Below are positions 1 to 10,251 of a stretch of 64,000 bases of DNA, in pieces. The first letter of the stretch is position 1. Every line of letters starts with the position of its first letter. The stretch is from Candidatus Eiseniibacteriota bacterium (lineage in GTDB: Bacteria; Eisenbacteria; RBG-16-71-46; CAIMUX01; JAHJDP01). Position numbers and translations under genes: made by a program. Below the pieces are notes generated by a model. That model was not told where the DNA came from. It searched no databases and worked only from the letters and a program-made list of their open reading frames with translations. The stretch lies in contig JAHJDP010000004.1 in assembly GCA_018831195.1 (NCBI GenBank), forward strand, positions 53,776 through 117,775, in the 5' to 3' direction.

Positions 1-531
1 ATGGCCAAGGCGATTCAGGTGATGGAAGAGATCGGGATGGAAACGGTGGAGGCGCATGAGCGCCGGCTGACGGAGCGGCTTCTTGATGGAATGGCATCGA
101 TTCCCGACATCGGCGTTTTGGGTCCCAAGGATCCCGCTCATACCGAGGACCGGCTGGGTGTGGTCACCTTTATGATGGCGGGTTTGCATCACGCCCTTGT
201 GGCGGGGATACTTTCCTACGAATGGGGAATCGCCATTCGCCAGGGATGTTTCTGCGCGCATCCCCTCATCAAGAATCTGTTGAACATTTCCAAGGAGCAG
301 GAAAGACTTTTTGAAGATGAGATTCACCGCGGGGACCGCCGGAATACTCCCGGCGCGGCCCGGGTCAGTCTGGGCGTCCATAATATTTCTGAAGATGTCG
401 ACACTTTTGTGGAGGCTCTTCGGCTCATCGCGCGAAAGGAATGGAAAGGACATTACAAACAGGATATCGCGACCGGCGAATTCCTTCCCGAGAACTTCCA
501 TTTCGACTTTTCTCCACTCCCTGGCTTCTAG
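1..531 (+). CDS. C-terminal fragment of a class V aminotransferase / cysteine desulfurase-like PLP enzyme; 5' end lies outside the window
   Basis: The frame is open from position 1. Motif RQGCFCAHP resembles the SufS/IscS-family active-site region. Ends with TAG at 529-531, 20 nt before the acnA RBS. Confidence 0.55.
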   Translation: MAKAIQVMEEIGMETVEAHERRLTERLLDGMASIPDIGVLGPKDPAHTEDRLGVVTFMMAGLHHALVAGILSYEWGIAIRQGCFCAHPLIKNLLNISKEQERLFEDEIHRGDRRNTPGAARVSLGVHNISEDVDTFVEALRLIARKEWKGHYKQDIATGEFLPENFHFDFSPLPGF

Positions 532-552
532 TTCCCTCAAGGAGGCAGTCTC

Positions 553-3240
553 ATGAGTTCCAAGGCAAATCCACTCGTATCCAGATCCCGGCTTCAAGCC
601 GCCGGTTCGTCCTATTCCATGTATCGCCTAAAGGACCTGGAGAAAGCTGGATATAGTGATTTTTCCCATTTACCGGTCACGCTGCGGATTCTGCTCGAGA
701 ACCTCATCCGTCACGAAAGCGGGTCCGTCGTCGAGCGGAAGGATATTGAAGCCCTCATCCGCTGGGATCCCAAGGCTGTGCCGAAAGATGAAATTTCCTT
801 CTATCCCGCGCGCGTCGTTCTGCAAGACTTCACCGGCGTGCCGGCATTGGTCGATTTTGCGGCGATGAGGGATGCGATGGTCGAACTAGGGGGGGATCCG
901 GAAAAGATAAACCCTCTTCAGCCCGCCGATCTTATTATCGACCACTCGGTTCAGGTTGATCTCTACGGTTCGCCTGATGCTTACCACAAGAATACGGCGC
1001 GTGAGTTCGAGCGGAATGGTGAACGATACAGATTTCTAAAATGGGGGCAGTCCTCTTTCAAGAATTTCCGCGTGGTGCCGCCGGGGATGGGAATTATACA
1101 CCAGGTGAACTTGGAACACCTGGCGGAGATTGTCTGGACCTATGATCAGGAAGGTTCGCTGCTCGCCTATCCTGATACCCTCGTGGGAACCGATTCACAC
1201 ACGACCATGATCAACGGCTTGGGTGTCATGGGATGGGGTGTCGGCGGGATCGAAGCCGAGGCGGCGATGCTGGGCCAGCCGATCTCCATGCTCATTCCGC
1301 AGGTCATCGGATTCCGCCTGAAGGGCCGGCTGTCCGAAGGGATCACCGCCACCGATCTCGTTATCACCATCACGCAGATTCTCCGCAAGGAGAATGTCGT
1401 CGGGAAGTTTGTCGAGTTTTTCGGGCCGGGGCTCGATTCCCTCAGCCTGCCGCATCGCGCCACCGTGGCGAATATGGCGCCTGAATACGGGGCGACAATG
1501 GGATTCTTTCCCGTCGATGAGGAGACGCTGGATTATCTGCGGATCACCGCTCGATCAGAACGTGTGATTGAGCTGGTGCGGGCCTATTTGAAGGAACAGG
1601 GTCTCTTTCGAGAGCCGAACACACCGGAGGCCAGTTATACAAAAGTGATCGAATTGGATATATCAACGGTTGAGCCTTCGATGGCCGGACCGAAACGGCC
1701 GCAAGACCGCGTTTCGCTTTCCGGCGTCCGTGAGAGTTTCACCGCCTTCCTGAAGACACAGGCGCCGGGCGCCAAGCGCCGGACCGCGAAACCCGCCACC
1801 CCCGCGGTGAGCGGCCTGGATCATGGCGCGGTGGTGATCGCCGCGATTACGAGTTGTACAAATACATCGAACCCCGAGGTGCTTGTAACGGCCGGTCTGT
1901 TGGCGCGGAACGCCGCCGCCAAAGGTCTCAAAGTGAAGCCCTGGGTCAAGACGAGTTTTGCCCCCGGATCGAGGGCGGTGTCCGGCTATCTTCAAAGCAC
2001 GGGCTTGATGAGCCATCTGGAAAGGCTCGGCTTCCATCTTGTGGGATACGGATGCACGACCTGTATCGGGAACTCGGGACCCTTGCCGGAAGAGGTGGCC
2101 CGCATCATCCGCGATAAGGATTTGGCGGTCGGGGCGGTTCTCTCCGGCAATCGCAACTTTGAAGGCCGGATCCATCCCCTGGTAAAGGCCAACTATCTTG
2201 CCTCACCGCCGCTGGTCGTGGCCTATGCCTTGGCCGGCTGGCTCGACCTGGATCTGACGACCGAGCCGCTGGGCGAGGGCTCTGACGGCAAACCGGTCTT
2301 TCTCCGGGATATCTGGCCGATCGAGGAAGAGATACGGGCCGAGGCGCAGGCCGCCATGAATCCCGAGCTGTTCAGGGAGGGTTACGCTGATCTCTTTGGG
2401 GGCACCCCGGAGTGGAAGGCTCTAAATGTACAAGAGGCCAGCTGTTTCCCTTGGGATGATGATTCGACCTACATCAAACGCGCTCCCTACTTCGACGGGA
2501 TCTCACTCGATCCGCCGGGGCTCAAGCCCATTCATAAGGCGCGTGTGCTGGCCCTGCTGGGCGATTCCGTCACGACCGATCATATCTCGCCGGCGGGAGC
2601 GATCCCCACCGAGAGCCCCGCGGGGCAATACCTGCAATCCCATGGCATCGAGGTGAGAGACTTCAACTCCTTCGGATCGCGACGGGGGAATCACGAGGTG
2701 ATGATTCGCGGCACCTTCGGCAATATCCGCCTGAAGAACCTTCTCACGCCGGGCGTAGAAGGCGGGGTGACGGTTCATTTTCCCGATGGCGGACAGCAAT
2801 GGATCTACGACGCGGCGAAGCTTTATCAAAACGAGGGTGTCCCGCTGTTGGTCATCGCCGGAAAGGAATATGGTACCGGTTCCTCGAGGGATTGGGCGGC
2901 AAAGGGCACGCTGCTACTGGGTGTCCGGGCCGTCATCGCGGAAAGCTATGAACGGATTCACCGGAGCAATCTCGTTGGGATGGGAGTCCTGCCGCTGCAG
3001 TTTCTTCCAGGCGAGGGCCGCGAGTCACTCGGTTTGACCGGTCATGAGATCTTTAACATTGATGGGATCGGAGATAATCTCGAGCCCGGGCAGCAGCTCG
3101 CCATTCGGGCCGTCGGCGATGGGGGGAAGGAATCCTCATTCAAGGCCGTTGTTCGAATTGACACACCGCAGGAGATGCTTTTCTGCCGGCACGGCGGGAT
3201 CCTGCCCTATGTCCTCCGCCGGCTCCTTAAAATGAGCTGA
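553..3240 (+). CDS. acnA: Aconitate hydratase A (aconitase)
   Basis: An 895-aa protein with full-length similarity to the aconitase family (N-terminal KAGYSDFSHLPVTLRILLEN, Fe-S cluster Cys ligands in the ...SCTNTSNP... and ...GCTTCIGNSGPL... segments). GGAGG RBS sits 8 nt upstream of the ATG. Confidence 0.95.
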   Translation: MSSKANPLVSRSRLQAAGSSYSMYRLKDLEKAGYSDFSHLPVTLRILLENLIRHESGSVVERKDIEALIRWDPKAVPKDEISFYPARVVLQDFTGVPALVDFAAMRDAMVELGGDPEKINPLQPADLIIDHSVQVDLYGSPDAYHKNTAREFERNGERYRFLKWGQSSFKNFRVVPPGMGIIHQVNLEHLAEIVWTYDQEGSLLAYPDTLVGTDSHTTMINGLGVMGWGVGGIEAEAAMLGQPISMLIPQVIGFRLKGRLSEGITATDLVITITQILRKENVVGKFVEFFGPGLDSLSLPHRATVANMAPEYGATMGFFPVDEETLDYLRITARSERVIELVRAYLKEQGLFREPNTPEASYTKVIELDISTVEPSMAGPKRPQDRVSLSGVRESFTAFLKTQAPGAKRRTAKPATPAVSGLDHGAVVIAAITSCTNTSNPEVLVTAGLLARNAAAKGLKVKPWVKTSFAPGSRAVSGYLQSTGLMSHLERLGFHLVGYGCTTCIGNSGPLPEEVARIIRDKDLAVGAVLSGNRNFEGRIHPLVKANYLASPPLVVAYALAGWLDLDLTTEPLGEGSDGKPVFLRDIWPIEEEIRAEAQAAMNPELFREGYADLFGGTPEWKALNVQEASCFPWDDDSTYIKRAPYFDGISLDPPGLKPIHKARVLALLGDSVTTDHISPAGAIPTESPAGQYLQSHGIEVRDFNSFGSRRGNHEVMIRGTFGNIRLKNLLTPGVEGGVTVHFPDGGQQWIYDAAKLYQNEGVPLLVIAGKEYGTGSSRDWAAKGTLLLGVRAVIAESYERIHRSNLVGMGVLPLQFLPGEGRESLGLTGHEIFNIDGIGDNLEPGQQLAIRAVGDGGKESSFKAVVRIDTPQEMLFCRHGGILPYVLRRLLKMS

Positions 3241-3294
3241 TGCGATCGAGTTCTGGTGGAAAACGGCAATGAAAGCTGATCCGATAGGGTTTTG

Positions 3295-5265
3295 ATGCAA
3301 GACGATGCCGGTCTCTGGCGGAACCTGACCCGCCCGCTGGGTTCACCCCGATCCGGCGCGACGGGTCCGCCGCGTTCGCCCCTGTGGTTTACTTTTCTAT
3401 CCGCATCCCTGCCCCTGCTCGGGGTTTACCTTTTCAGTCTGCAAAGGGATTTGGGGACGATCGACAGCGGGGAACTGGCCGCCGTCTGCCACACCCTCGG
3501 CATCGCCCACCCCTCCGGTTACCCGCTCTATACACTCTTAGGCAGGCTCGCCGCTCTGATTCCCTGGGGTGAACTTCTGACCCGTTTGCATATCCTCTCT
3601 GCTCTCCTTTCGGCCGCAGCGGCCGGTTTTACGGCGCTGGCCTTGCGGGAAACGCTGGATCTCTTGTTTAAACAGGCCCGGTACCAGAAAATTTCCGATC
3701 AATGGCTCGCCCGGCTTTCTGTTCTAGGCGCCTGGGTATGGGGCTTGTCTCCCTCTGTCTGGGAGCAAGCGGTTGTGAATGAGGTCTATGGTCTCCATTT
3801 CGTCTTTTTATCTCTATCGGTCTATTTGGGATTGATTCTGCTCCGCCCCTCGATACCCGCCGCACAGCGATCGGTCCTGCTGCATTATCCGGAGGCGGAC
3901 AGCCGCCACCTCGCCTTTCTCGGGTATCTGCTGGGTCTGGGATTCAGTCATCACCTATCGCTGGCCTTTGTCCTGCCATCCCTGGGTCTGGCCGCCGGGT
4001 ATTATTTGTACAGGCGGCGGGTTCGGCCAACGGCCCGGTTCGATTCGATTCGTTGGAAAATCCTGCTCACCCTGATTATATTTTTCATGTTCGGATTTTC
4101 GGTCGATCTGTATCTGCCGTTGCGCGCCGCACAGGAGCCCTTGTTAAACTGGGGGGATCCCTCCTCATGGGCGCGCTGGGTCCGGCATGTCTCGGGATGG
4201 CAATACCGAGTCTGGCTGGCTCCCGGATCAGACACGGTCATCACCAATGTTCTGGGCCGGATTCCCGGAATATGGAATGATTTAGGATGGGTTCTTCCGG
4301 TCGCTGCTGTTGCCGGGCTTATACTTTCTTGGCGGCGGCGCGCGATGGCGGCGCTTTTCTGGACAATCCTTTTGGCCGTGGGACTGATCTGGGCCGCTTC
4401 CTATGATATCAAAGATATCCAGTCCTACTATGCCGCGTCCGATCTCGCCGTCGTGGCATTGGGATTGAGCGGTCTTGCGATCCTGCTCTCGAGAATCCGC
4501 CGGCGAAAAGTCATTTTAACATTCGTTATGCTGCCGGTGGCGCCGCTGATTATTTTCGGTGCTTTTTTACGATGGGACCGCTGCGCGGCCGATGGGCCGC
4601 CACTGCCCGGTCTCTATGCCCGGGGATTACTGGAGGGGCTGCCCGAGAAGACGCTCCTCTTCAGCCGGCAGTGGGACACGTGCGTCTCGGCGATGCTCTA
4701 TCTTCAGTTTGTTGAAGAGCTCCGTCCCGATGTCGCGATCGTCGATACGGAGCTGCTGCGCCGCTCCTGGTATTATCCGCAGCTCGACCGGATGTATCCG
4801 GGGCTGCTCGATCCGGTCCGCCCTCAACGCGATGAGTTTCTCACGGATCTTGCTTCCTTCGAGGCGGGCCGGCCGTATGATGCTGTCCGCATCGAGACTC
4901 GTTATCAGGCGCTGCAGAAGGCCCTGCATCAAGCCTGGGTCCAGCGGCGTCCAACGGCCGTCACGCCCGAGGTGGATGCCCGGATATTCGAGACATCGCT
5001 CCCGGTGCCGTATGGGATGGTGATCCTTTTTGATCCGCCGGAAGAGCTGCTTTCCGGCCGCGGCCCCTTGCCGCTGGTTGAACCTTTCTTGGCATTCGGA
5101 CCCCGGACCGATGACCTGATGGCGCGGCTGATGCGGCATCTCATCAGCAATATGGCCGTCTCACGGGCGCAATTTCTCGAGGAAAGGGAAGCGCCGGGGG
5201 CTTCCGTGCTGTTGGAGGAGGCCGGCTGGCTGCGGCGTCGCAGTGAGATGAGTGGGAGGAATTAA
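3295..5265 (+). CDS. DUF2723/TMEM260-like polytopic membrane protein (GT-C fold, protein O-mannosyltransferase-like)
   Basis: N-terminal DSGELAAVCHTLGIAHPSGYPLY motif is typical of DUF2723. Multiple predicted TM helices. The ORF tool starts at TTG 3292; ATG at 3295 is preferred. Confidence 0.65.
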   Translation: MQDDAGLWRNLTRPLGSPRSGATGPPRSPLWFTFLSASLPLLGVYLFSLQRDLGTIDSGELAAVCHTLGIAHPSGYPLYTLLGRLAALIPWGELLTRLHILSALLSAAAAGFTALALRETLDLLFKQARYQKISDQWLARLSVLGAWVWGLSPSVWEQAVVNEVYGLHFVFLSLSVYLGLILLRPSIPAAQRSVLLHYPEADSRHLAFLGYLLGLGFSHHLSLAFVLPSLGLAAGYYLYRRRVRPTARFDSIRWKILLTLIIFFMFGFSVDLYLPLRAAQEPLLNWGDPSSWARWVRHVSGWQYRVWLAPGSDTVITNVLGRIPGIWNDLGWVLPVAAVAGLILSWRRRAMAALFWTILLAVGLIWAASYDIKDIQSYYAASDLAVVALGLSGLAILLSRIRRRKVILTFVMLPVAPLIIFGAFLRWDRCAADGPPLPGLYARGLLEGLPEKTLLFSRQWDTCVSAMLYLQFVEELRPDVAIVDTELLRRSWYYPQLDRMYPGLLDPVRPQRDEFLTDLASFEAGRPYDAVRIETRYQALQKALHQAWVQRRPTAVTPEVDARIFETSLPVPYGMVILFDPPEELLSGRGPLPLVEPFLAFGPRTDDLMARLMRHLISNMAVSRAQFLEEREAPGASVLLEEAGWLRRRSEMSGRN

Positions 5266-6399
5266 GTGAGCTCGTATCAGAAGGTCCATGAGATCCTCAC
5301 TGATTTTAACATTCATTATCTTTACGGAATTCCAGGCGAAGGGATTTTGGATCTTCTGAACGATCTGGCCGACGGATCCCACCATTTTGTGAGCGCGCGC
5401 CAGATGTGGGCGGCCGGCTACATGGCGATGGGCGATGCGTGGATTTCGGGCCGGCCCGCCCTCTGCGCCGCCGGGGATGCTTATGGCGTTGAGTTGATCC
5501 GGCCCTTGAGAGAGGCCCGTCGGCATCGCCTCCCCGTCGTCATCCTGGCTTGCGGCGATTGGATCCCTCTTCTGGACCCCGTGATCAAGCAACGCTTCGA
5601 CACGGCGGAGGGTGGAGATTGGACCGCGTTGCTCGACTCGGCGCTGCAGGCGGCGGCGCGGGAGCCGGCCGCTCCCGTCCTTCTCGCCCTTCCGGGATCG
5701 GAGACGGCGCCGGCCTTCAGGCCATCGGAAGATCCGGCTTTTAGAGACGGTCGCCGGCCCGCCGCTGAACGCCGAGAAGAATGGAAGGGGATGAAGGATC
5801 AACTCACGCAGGGTCCTGATTTCCCGCCGACGCCGATACCGATTTTTGAAACACTTCAACAAATTCTGACGCCGGATGATCTCATTCTTTGTGACGGCGG
5901 TCTCGTCGGCTTATGGGCTGAACGATTCTTGGAGCCGCTGTCCGCCGGCCGGCTCTTCGTGCCGCCGCCCGGCGCCACCCCGGGAGCGGCATCCCCCCTC
6001 GCTCTCGGCGCGCGCCTGGCCCATCCTGAGGGGAGGGTCATTGTCATCACCGATGATGCTTCGTATAACACTTCGGTTCTGGAAATCGAGACCATGCGCC
6101 GGATGGGCGCCTCCATCGTGACATTGGTTTTCCGCAGCAGTCACTGGGAGTGGGCCCGCGTGCGGCAGGAACAATTGTATAACCGGACAGCCTTTGTTGA
6201 ATACCGCTGCCCCAATCTCATCCGCCTGACCCAGGTCGCCGGCGGGAAGAGCGTCCGCCTGGAACGGGGGGACAGTCTGAAATCGCATTTGAAGTACGCA
6301 TTTACATTAAAGGGTCCTGTGACCATTGATTGCCCGGTCGACATGCGCGGCGCGGCGGCATTTATCAAGGACGGCGGCGGCCCGGTCAGCGGATCATGA
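5266..6399 (+). CDS. Truncated, degenerate thiamine-pyrophosphate-enzyme homolog (TPP_N plus TPP_C, no central domain)
   Basis: N-terminus YGIPGEGILDLL...ARQMWAAGYMAMGDAW... aligns to the TPP-enzyme N domain, but the catalytic HE is replaced by QM. C-terminus ITDDASYNTS...IVTLVF aligns to the GDGS..N Mg-TPP motif with GDG replaced by TDD. GTG start with GGGAGG RBS. Confidence 0.5.
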   Translation: MSSYQKVHEILTDFNIHYLYGIPGEGILDLLNDLADGSHHFVSARQMWAAGYMAMGDAWISGRPALCAAGDAYGVELIRPLREARRHRLPVVILACGDWIPLLDPVIKQRFDTAEGGDWTALLDSALQAAAREPAAPVLLALPGSETAPAFRPSEDPAFRDGRRPAAERREEWKGMKDQLTQGPDFPPTPIPIFETLQQILTPDDLILCDGGLVGLWAERFLEPLSAGRLFVPPPGATPGAASPLALGARLAHPEGRVIVITDDASYNTSVLEIETMRRMGASIVTLVFRSSHWEWARVRQEQLYNRTAFVEYRCPNLIRLTQVAGGKSVRLERGDSLKSHLKYAFTLKGPVTIDCPVDMRGAAAFIKDGGGPVSGS

Positions 6400-9300
6400 G
6401 CATCCGCCGGCTGATCTCCTTTGGCCTGGTCATCTTCATGAAATAGATCCCCGATGCCGCGGGGCTGCCGTCTTGTGTTATTCCATCCCAGGTTATGATC
6501 TGCGGATTTTCAAGCGTCGGGCCGTCATGCAGTATCCGGACCCGTCGTCCCATCGCGTCATAGATGACCAGGGTGGCTTCCGTTCCGACGGGCGCCCGCA
6601 GTTGAAGGGTCGTCGATCCGGCGGAGGGGCAGGGCGCGGGTCGTGAGAGCGAGATGGTGAGGGAACGGGAGGGCAGGGCGATCGAACCGAGGGTTAGCTC
6701 ATATCCGTTTTCCTGAACAAGCGTCAAAGTATACTGCAACGCCTCGCCGGCGGGCGGGTGCGGGTCTGTAAAAGTACAAGTGGAGCAGATCGGCACCGCC
6801 GGATCTGTCAGCCGGACGGTCTGGCCGCCGCTTGATGCGGTTCGGTCGATATGCAGACCGTCGCCGCGGATATCACCGGACATATGCCAGGAAAGTTCCA
6901 CGCGGCCGTGGGCCCACTCTCCGCTGAAATCCCACATGAGGATCGGCACGACATCACACCCCCCGCCGAAGGCGCCGATCGTATCGGGCCAGCCGAAGGG
7001 ATTGTTGATGGGGAGCGCCGGGCTGCTCGGTGAGAGGCGGAAATCGCCATCATTACTGTCACAGAAGAGGGGATCGGTGATCAGGTTTGAGTCGGCCCAG
7101 GAGGGAAAGTATTCAGCAAACCGACCCTCAATCTGGCAGCGATACATAATATTCTCTGAAAAACTGGGACTGGAAGATATTTCATTATCGGGCGCCGGCT
7201 TTGGTACGGCAGCCTTTGTCGGGAGATCATCCTCTCTTCCCAGCAAAATATTTACAAAAATGTTCTGTTTCCAGTGGGCCGCCTCGGGCTCATGGGTCCA
7301 GATGTGATTGAAACCGGTGGGTGGCGGCGCAAAGGTGTTTCGCTCTACAATATCACCGCGGCCGAATTCCATGCTGATTCGGCCGGGGGAATGGAACAGA
7401 TTGTTTCGAATGAGTGAGGTCCCGTTTGATCGCAACTCAGTGCCGTAGGCCGCATAGTTTCCGAGAAATTTGTTGTTTTCCACCACCGAGTTAGAGCCCA
7501 ATACCAGACCGCCGGCGCTGCTGGTGAGATAACAAGGGTCGCCGGGCTGGAGTCCTCGATTCCCCTTGATAAGATTCCCCCGAAGTATGCTTCTTGAAGC
7601 GCTGACACCGGCCCCCATGTAGGCTTCATTCGCTTCAATGAGGTTTCCCTCGATAATCGAACCATAAGCGGAGATCCCACCCCCATAGCCATCGACCCAC
7701 GGGCACCAATCGCCGGGATCAAAACTTTCACCATACGCGTAGTTGTCTCTTATAATATTGCCGATGATACGTGTGCCCTCACCCGTATAGAGCCCGCCAC
7801 CACGAACCAGGATATCCTCGCCATACCTCAGGAGGGCTTTGTTTGATTCGATGATACAATTGTGAATCAGCGCCGGGGCCATGCAACGGATGCCGCCGCC
7901 GTTGATGCTTCTTCCTCCTGTTATTGTGAAGCCATGGATCTCGGCAAACGATCCGCAGGAGTCCTGAATCGTCACGACCCGGCTATTGAGACCTTCAGCG
8001 GTGATCGTTGTCATTTCCGGCCCTGTGGTGCTCATAAGACGCACCGCTTTTCCCAGAAAGCTCACCGACTCTTGATAACTCCCCGGATCGACGAATATCG
8101 TCGCGCCTTCGCCGGCGGCACTGATGGCGCCTTGAATGGTGGCGTAATCGCCTGGAACGCGCAGCGTATCAAATTCGATAATTGAAAAAGCCGACCTTAA
8201 TTCCAAAAAGTCATCATTGGGATTTTGGACATAGAGATCGTATTTACCAAGAGGTGATCTCAGAAAGCTCAATAGGATCCGCGCGGAATCAGGTTCCCAA
8301 ACGATTGTTTGCAGGGGAGCGAGGTACTGGCTGGTCTCTCTATGCTCCAACCATACCTGAAGGCCGCGCAGGAGTGGGAATCCGTCGATTCGAACCCAGA
8401 GTGAATCAGTAATCCGGCTGTGATCCGGATCCATCTGCTCCAACTTTCCCGCCGTGATCTCCAAGGCATTCGAGAGAGTTAATGTGTTATCCGGGGGAAA
8501 GGAGGCTTCAATATCGTAGTGGCCCACGGGAGCGCCGATCAGTGGTGAGAGAAAGGCCGCCGTTTCGGTGTCGGTTGAAACAAAGGGATGGAAGGGCACC
8601 GTAGTCCCCTCGGGTCCCAGACACCGCCACGCAGTGGCGGTATCCAGAGCATATCCGGTGATCATGATCTCTTCGCCCCCCGCGTATGAAATCCGCTGGG
8701 GCTCCGAATCGAGAAGAAGCGGAAAATCGCAGATAAGGGGGATGCCTCCAATCTCACCACAATGATTGGGCCAGGGATTATGGTCCGGGCCAAGAGGACT
8801 GACGACATGAACCCCTTGGCTGAGATCGGCGGGGTCGCAGACAAGGGGATTGTCTGTGATCTCACAGGATTCATGTCGATCATGGCTTGTGTTCCAAAAG
8901 GCGTTGCAAATTCCGTAGACCGGATCATCGAAGTGGGTGATATACGAACCGGCATTATAGAAGAGATTGCCTGTAACATCGGGCTCGCCGAATCCACCGA
9001 TCTCCACCGGCGCCGTGAAAGAGTTAAACTCCATCGTTAATTCAGTCCAGGTGTCCGCCAACCTCACCGGGGAAGTGAAGAGGTTCCGTGTGAGTGTAAT
9101 TGAATCGACCCGGCCGGTATTGAGATCCTCCAGTATCTTCCCTGAGGATAGATCTTTTACAAAAAGGCAATGTTCCAGTGTGAGCCGATCGACCTGCCGG
9201 GCGACAATGGTGCGGCTTAAATCGCTTTCGGATCTGTTTTTCCTGAATAGGCACCCTTCCATATGTAGAAGTTCAGCGGCATTGCTGAAGATGACCCCAT

Positions 9301-9754
9301 TTCTTCCCGCGCTGCCGCCCGGGACGGCGATGTTTTCTTCAAAGATACAATTGTAGATTCGGAGGCGCCCCCCAAACTGAGATACGGCGCTGCCGCTTGG
9401 ATCCATGCCTTCCCTCAGCGTGAATCCGGCCAGTGACACGGCCGCGATCGGATCTTGAATCGAAATGACGGGACCCATGCACATTCCATTCAGAATGGTC
9501 GTTTCAGGGCCCTCGCGGGATATCAGAAGAACGCCTCCGGGAAGATTCAACCGTTCGAAGTATGTGCCCGCGGCGACGTCGACCGAATCGCCGGAGAGAG
9601 CGTTGTGCAGGGCCTCTTGGATCGTTGCGAAATCTTCAGGGACGCGCCGTGTCGCGCCGCTGGCGGCCGGCGGGAGTGTCATGAGGCAGAAAAGGATGAG
9701 GCTTGTAGTCTGAAGGATGGTCTTTTGCTTCGAGGGACGGCCGGTGGTTCTCAT
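6386..9754 (-). CDS. Secreted 1,122-aa protein with two right-handed parallel beta-helix modules, Ig-like region and C-terminal T9SS type-A (FlgD-Ig-like) sorting domain
   Basis: Signal peptide MRTTGRPSKQKTILQTTSLILFCLMTLPPAASG. Repeated VP.D(F/Y)ATIQ.A...G..I.V..G.Y motifs and NxIxxN beta-helix turns (GNIIRDN, GNLIEAN, GNLIKGN). C-terminus LVIYDAMGRRVRILHDG......WDGITQDGSPAASGIYFMKM. Confidence 0.8.
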   Translation of the reverse strand: MRTTGRPSKQKTILQTTSLILFCLMTLPPAASGATRRVPEDFATIQEALHNALSGDSVDVAAGTYFERLNLPGGVLLISREGPETTILNGMCMGPVISIQDPIAAVSLAGFTLREGMDPSGSAVSQFGGRLRIYNCIFEENIAVPGGSAGRNGVIFSNAAELLHMEGCLFRKNRSESDLSRTIVARQVDRLTLEHCLFVKDLSSGKILEDLNTGRVDSITLTRNLFTSPVRLADTWTELTMEFNSFTAPVEIGGFGEPDVTGNLFYNAGSYITHFDDPVYGICNAFWNTSHDRHESCEITDNPLVCDPADLSQGVHVVSPLGPDHNPWPNHCGEIGGIPLICDFPLLLDSEPQRISYAGGEEIMITGYALDTATAWRCLGPEGTTVPFHPFVSTDTETAAFLSPLIGAPVGHYDIEASFPPDNTLTLSNALEITAGKLEQMDPDHSRITDSLWVRIDGFPLLRGLQVWLEHRETSQYLAPLQTIVWEPDSARILLSFLRSPLGKYDLYVQNPNDDFLELRSAFSIIEFDTLRVPGDYATIQGAISAAGEGATIFVDPGSYQESVSFLGKAVRLMSTTGPEMTTITAEGLNSRVVTIQDSCGSFAEIHGFTITGGRSINGGGIRCMAPALIHNCIIESNKALLRYGEDILVRGGGLYTGEGTRIIGNIIRDNYAYGESFDPGDWCPWVDGYGGGISAYGSIIEGNLIEANEAYMGAGVSASRSILRGNLIKGNRGLQPGDPCYLTSSAGGLVLGSNSVVENNKFLGNYAAYGTELRSNGTSLIRNNLFHSPGRISMEFGRGDIVERNTFAPPPTGFNHIWTHEPEAAHWKQNIFVNILLGREDDLPTKAAVPKPAPDNEISSSPSFSENIMYRCQIEGRFAEYFPSWADSNLITDPLFCDSNDGDFRLSPSSPALPINNPFGWPDTIGAFGGGCDVVPILMWDFSGEWAHGRVELSWHMSGDIRGDGLHIDRTASSGGQTVRLTDPAVPICSTCTFTDPHPPAGEALQYTLTLVQENGYELTLGSIALPSRSLTISLSRPAPCPSAGSTTLQLRAPVGTEATLVIYDAMGRRVRILHDGPTLENPQIITWDGITQDGSPAASGIYFMKMTRPKEISRRMLMIR

Positions 9755-9818
9755 GGCTCAGCCTCCTTTTGATAGTGCTAGTGTACCATCCCGCCGGGAA
9801 AGGAGGCAATATGAAGGC

Positions 9819-9850
9819 AAAAAAAAGAGCCGCCCCGATTGGAGCGGCTC
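9819..9850 (-). terminator. Rho-independent terminator downstream of rpoZ
   Basis: GC-rich hairpin GAGCCGC-N10-GCGGCTC, followed on the minus strand by a run of eight U (plus-strand A8 at 9819-9826). Confidence 0.5.
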
Positions 9851-9870
9851 TGGAAACTCTTTTTAAAGTT

Positions 9871-10146
9871 TTAAAGCTCCGGATTAAAGAAGGGCAGCTG
9901 TTCGCGTGTCTCTTCCTTCTCTTCCTCCTCGTAGGTGAGCCTGGTCAATCCGCTATAAACACGTTCGAGGGCCAATGATGTGACCTTCATCGGCGGCTCT
10001 TCGTGCCGGTGATTATAGACCGAGTTGAGCCTTTCCGCCTCTTTCGCGGCCGTCATGACCAATTCATACTTGTTTTGCGGGTCCAACAGGGATTCCTGGT
10101 CGATCACATGTTTCGATTTCGAGCGTGGCGCTTCCTGGTCCGACAT
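9871..10146 (-). CDS. rpoZ: DNA-directed RNA polymerase subunit omega
   Basis: A 91-aa protein. NKYELVMTAAKEAERLN resembles the RpoZ N-terminal helix (R(F/Y)(D/E)LV..AA.RAR.L). GGAGG RBS lies upstream of the internal ATG at 10146. Confidence 0.55.
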   Translation of the reverse strand: MSDQEAPRSKSKHVIDQESLLDPQNKYELVMTAAKEAERLNSVYNHRHEEPPMKVTSLALERVYSGLTRLTYEEEEKEETREQLPFFNPEL

Positions 10147-10251
10147 AGAACCCTCCTCAATCCGGCTTGGAAACAAGGGCAACAATTCAATCCGTCGACA
10201 ATCTTCAACTTATAGATCGAATCACCGCCGGGAGTCAAGCCTGGCCTCGAT

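Noticed and set aside
9769-9978. A 69-aa plus-strand ORF spanning the rpoZ terminator region
   Set aside because: It overlaps the rpoZ 3' end and the terminator hairpin, has no RBS, and its composition is that of a spurious frame.
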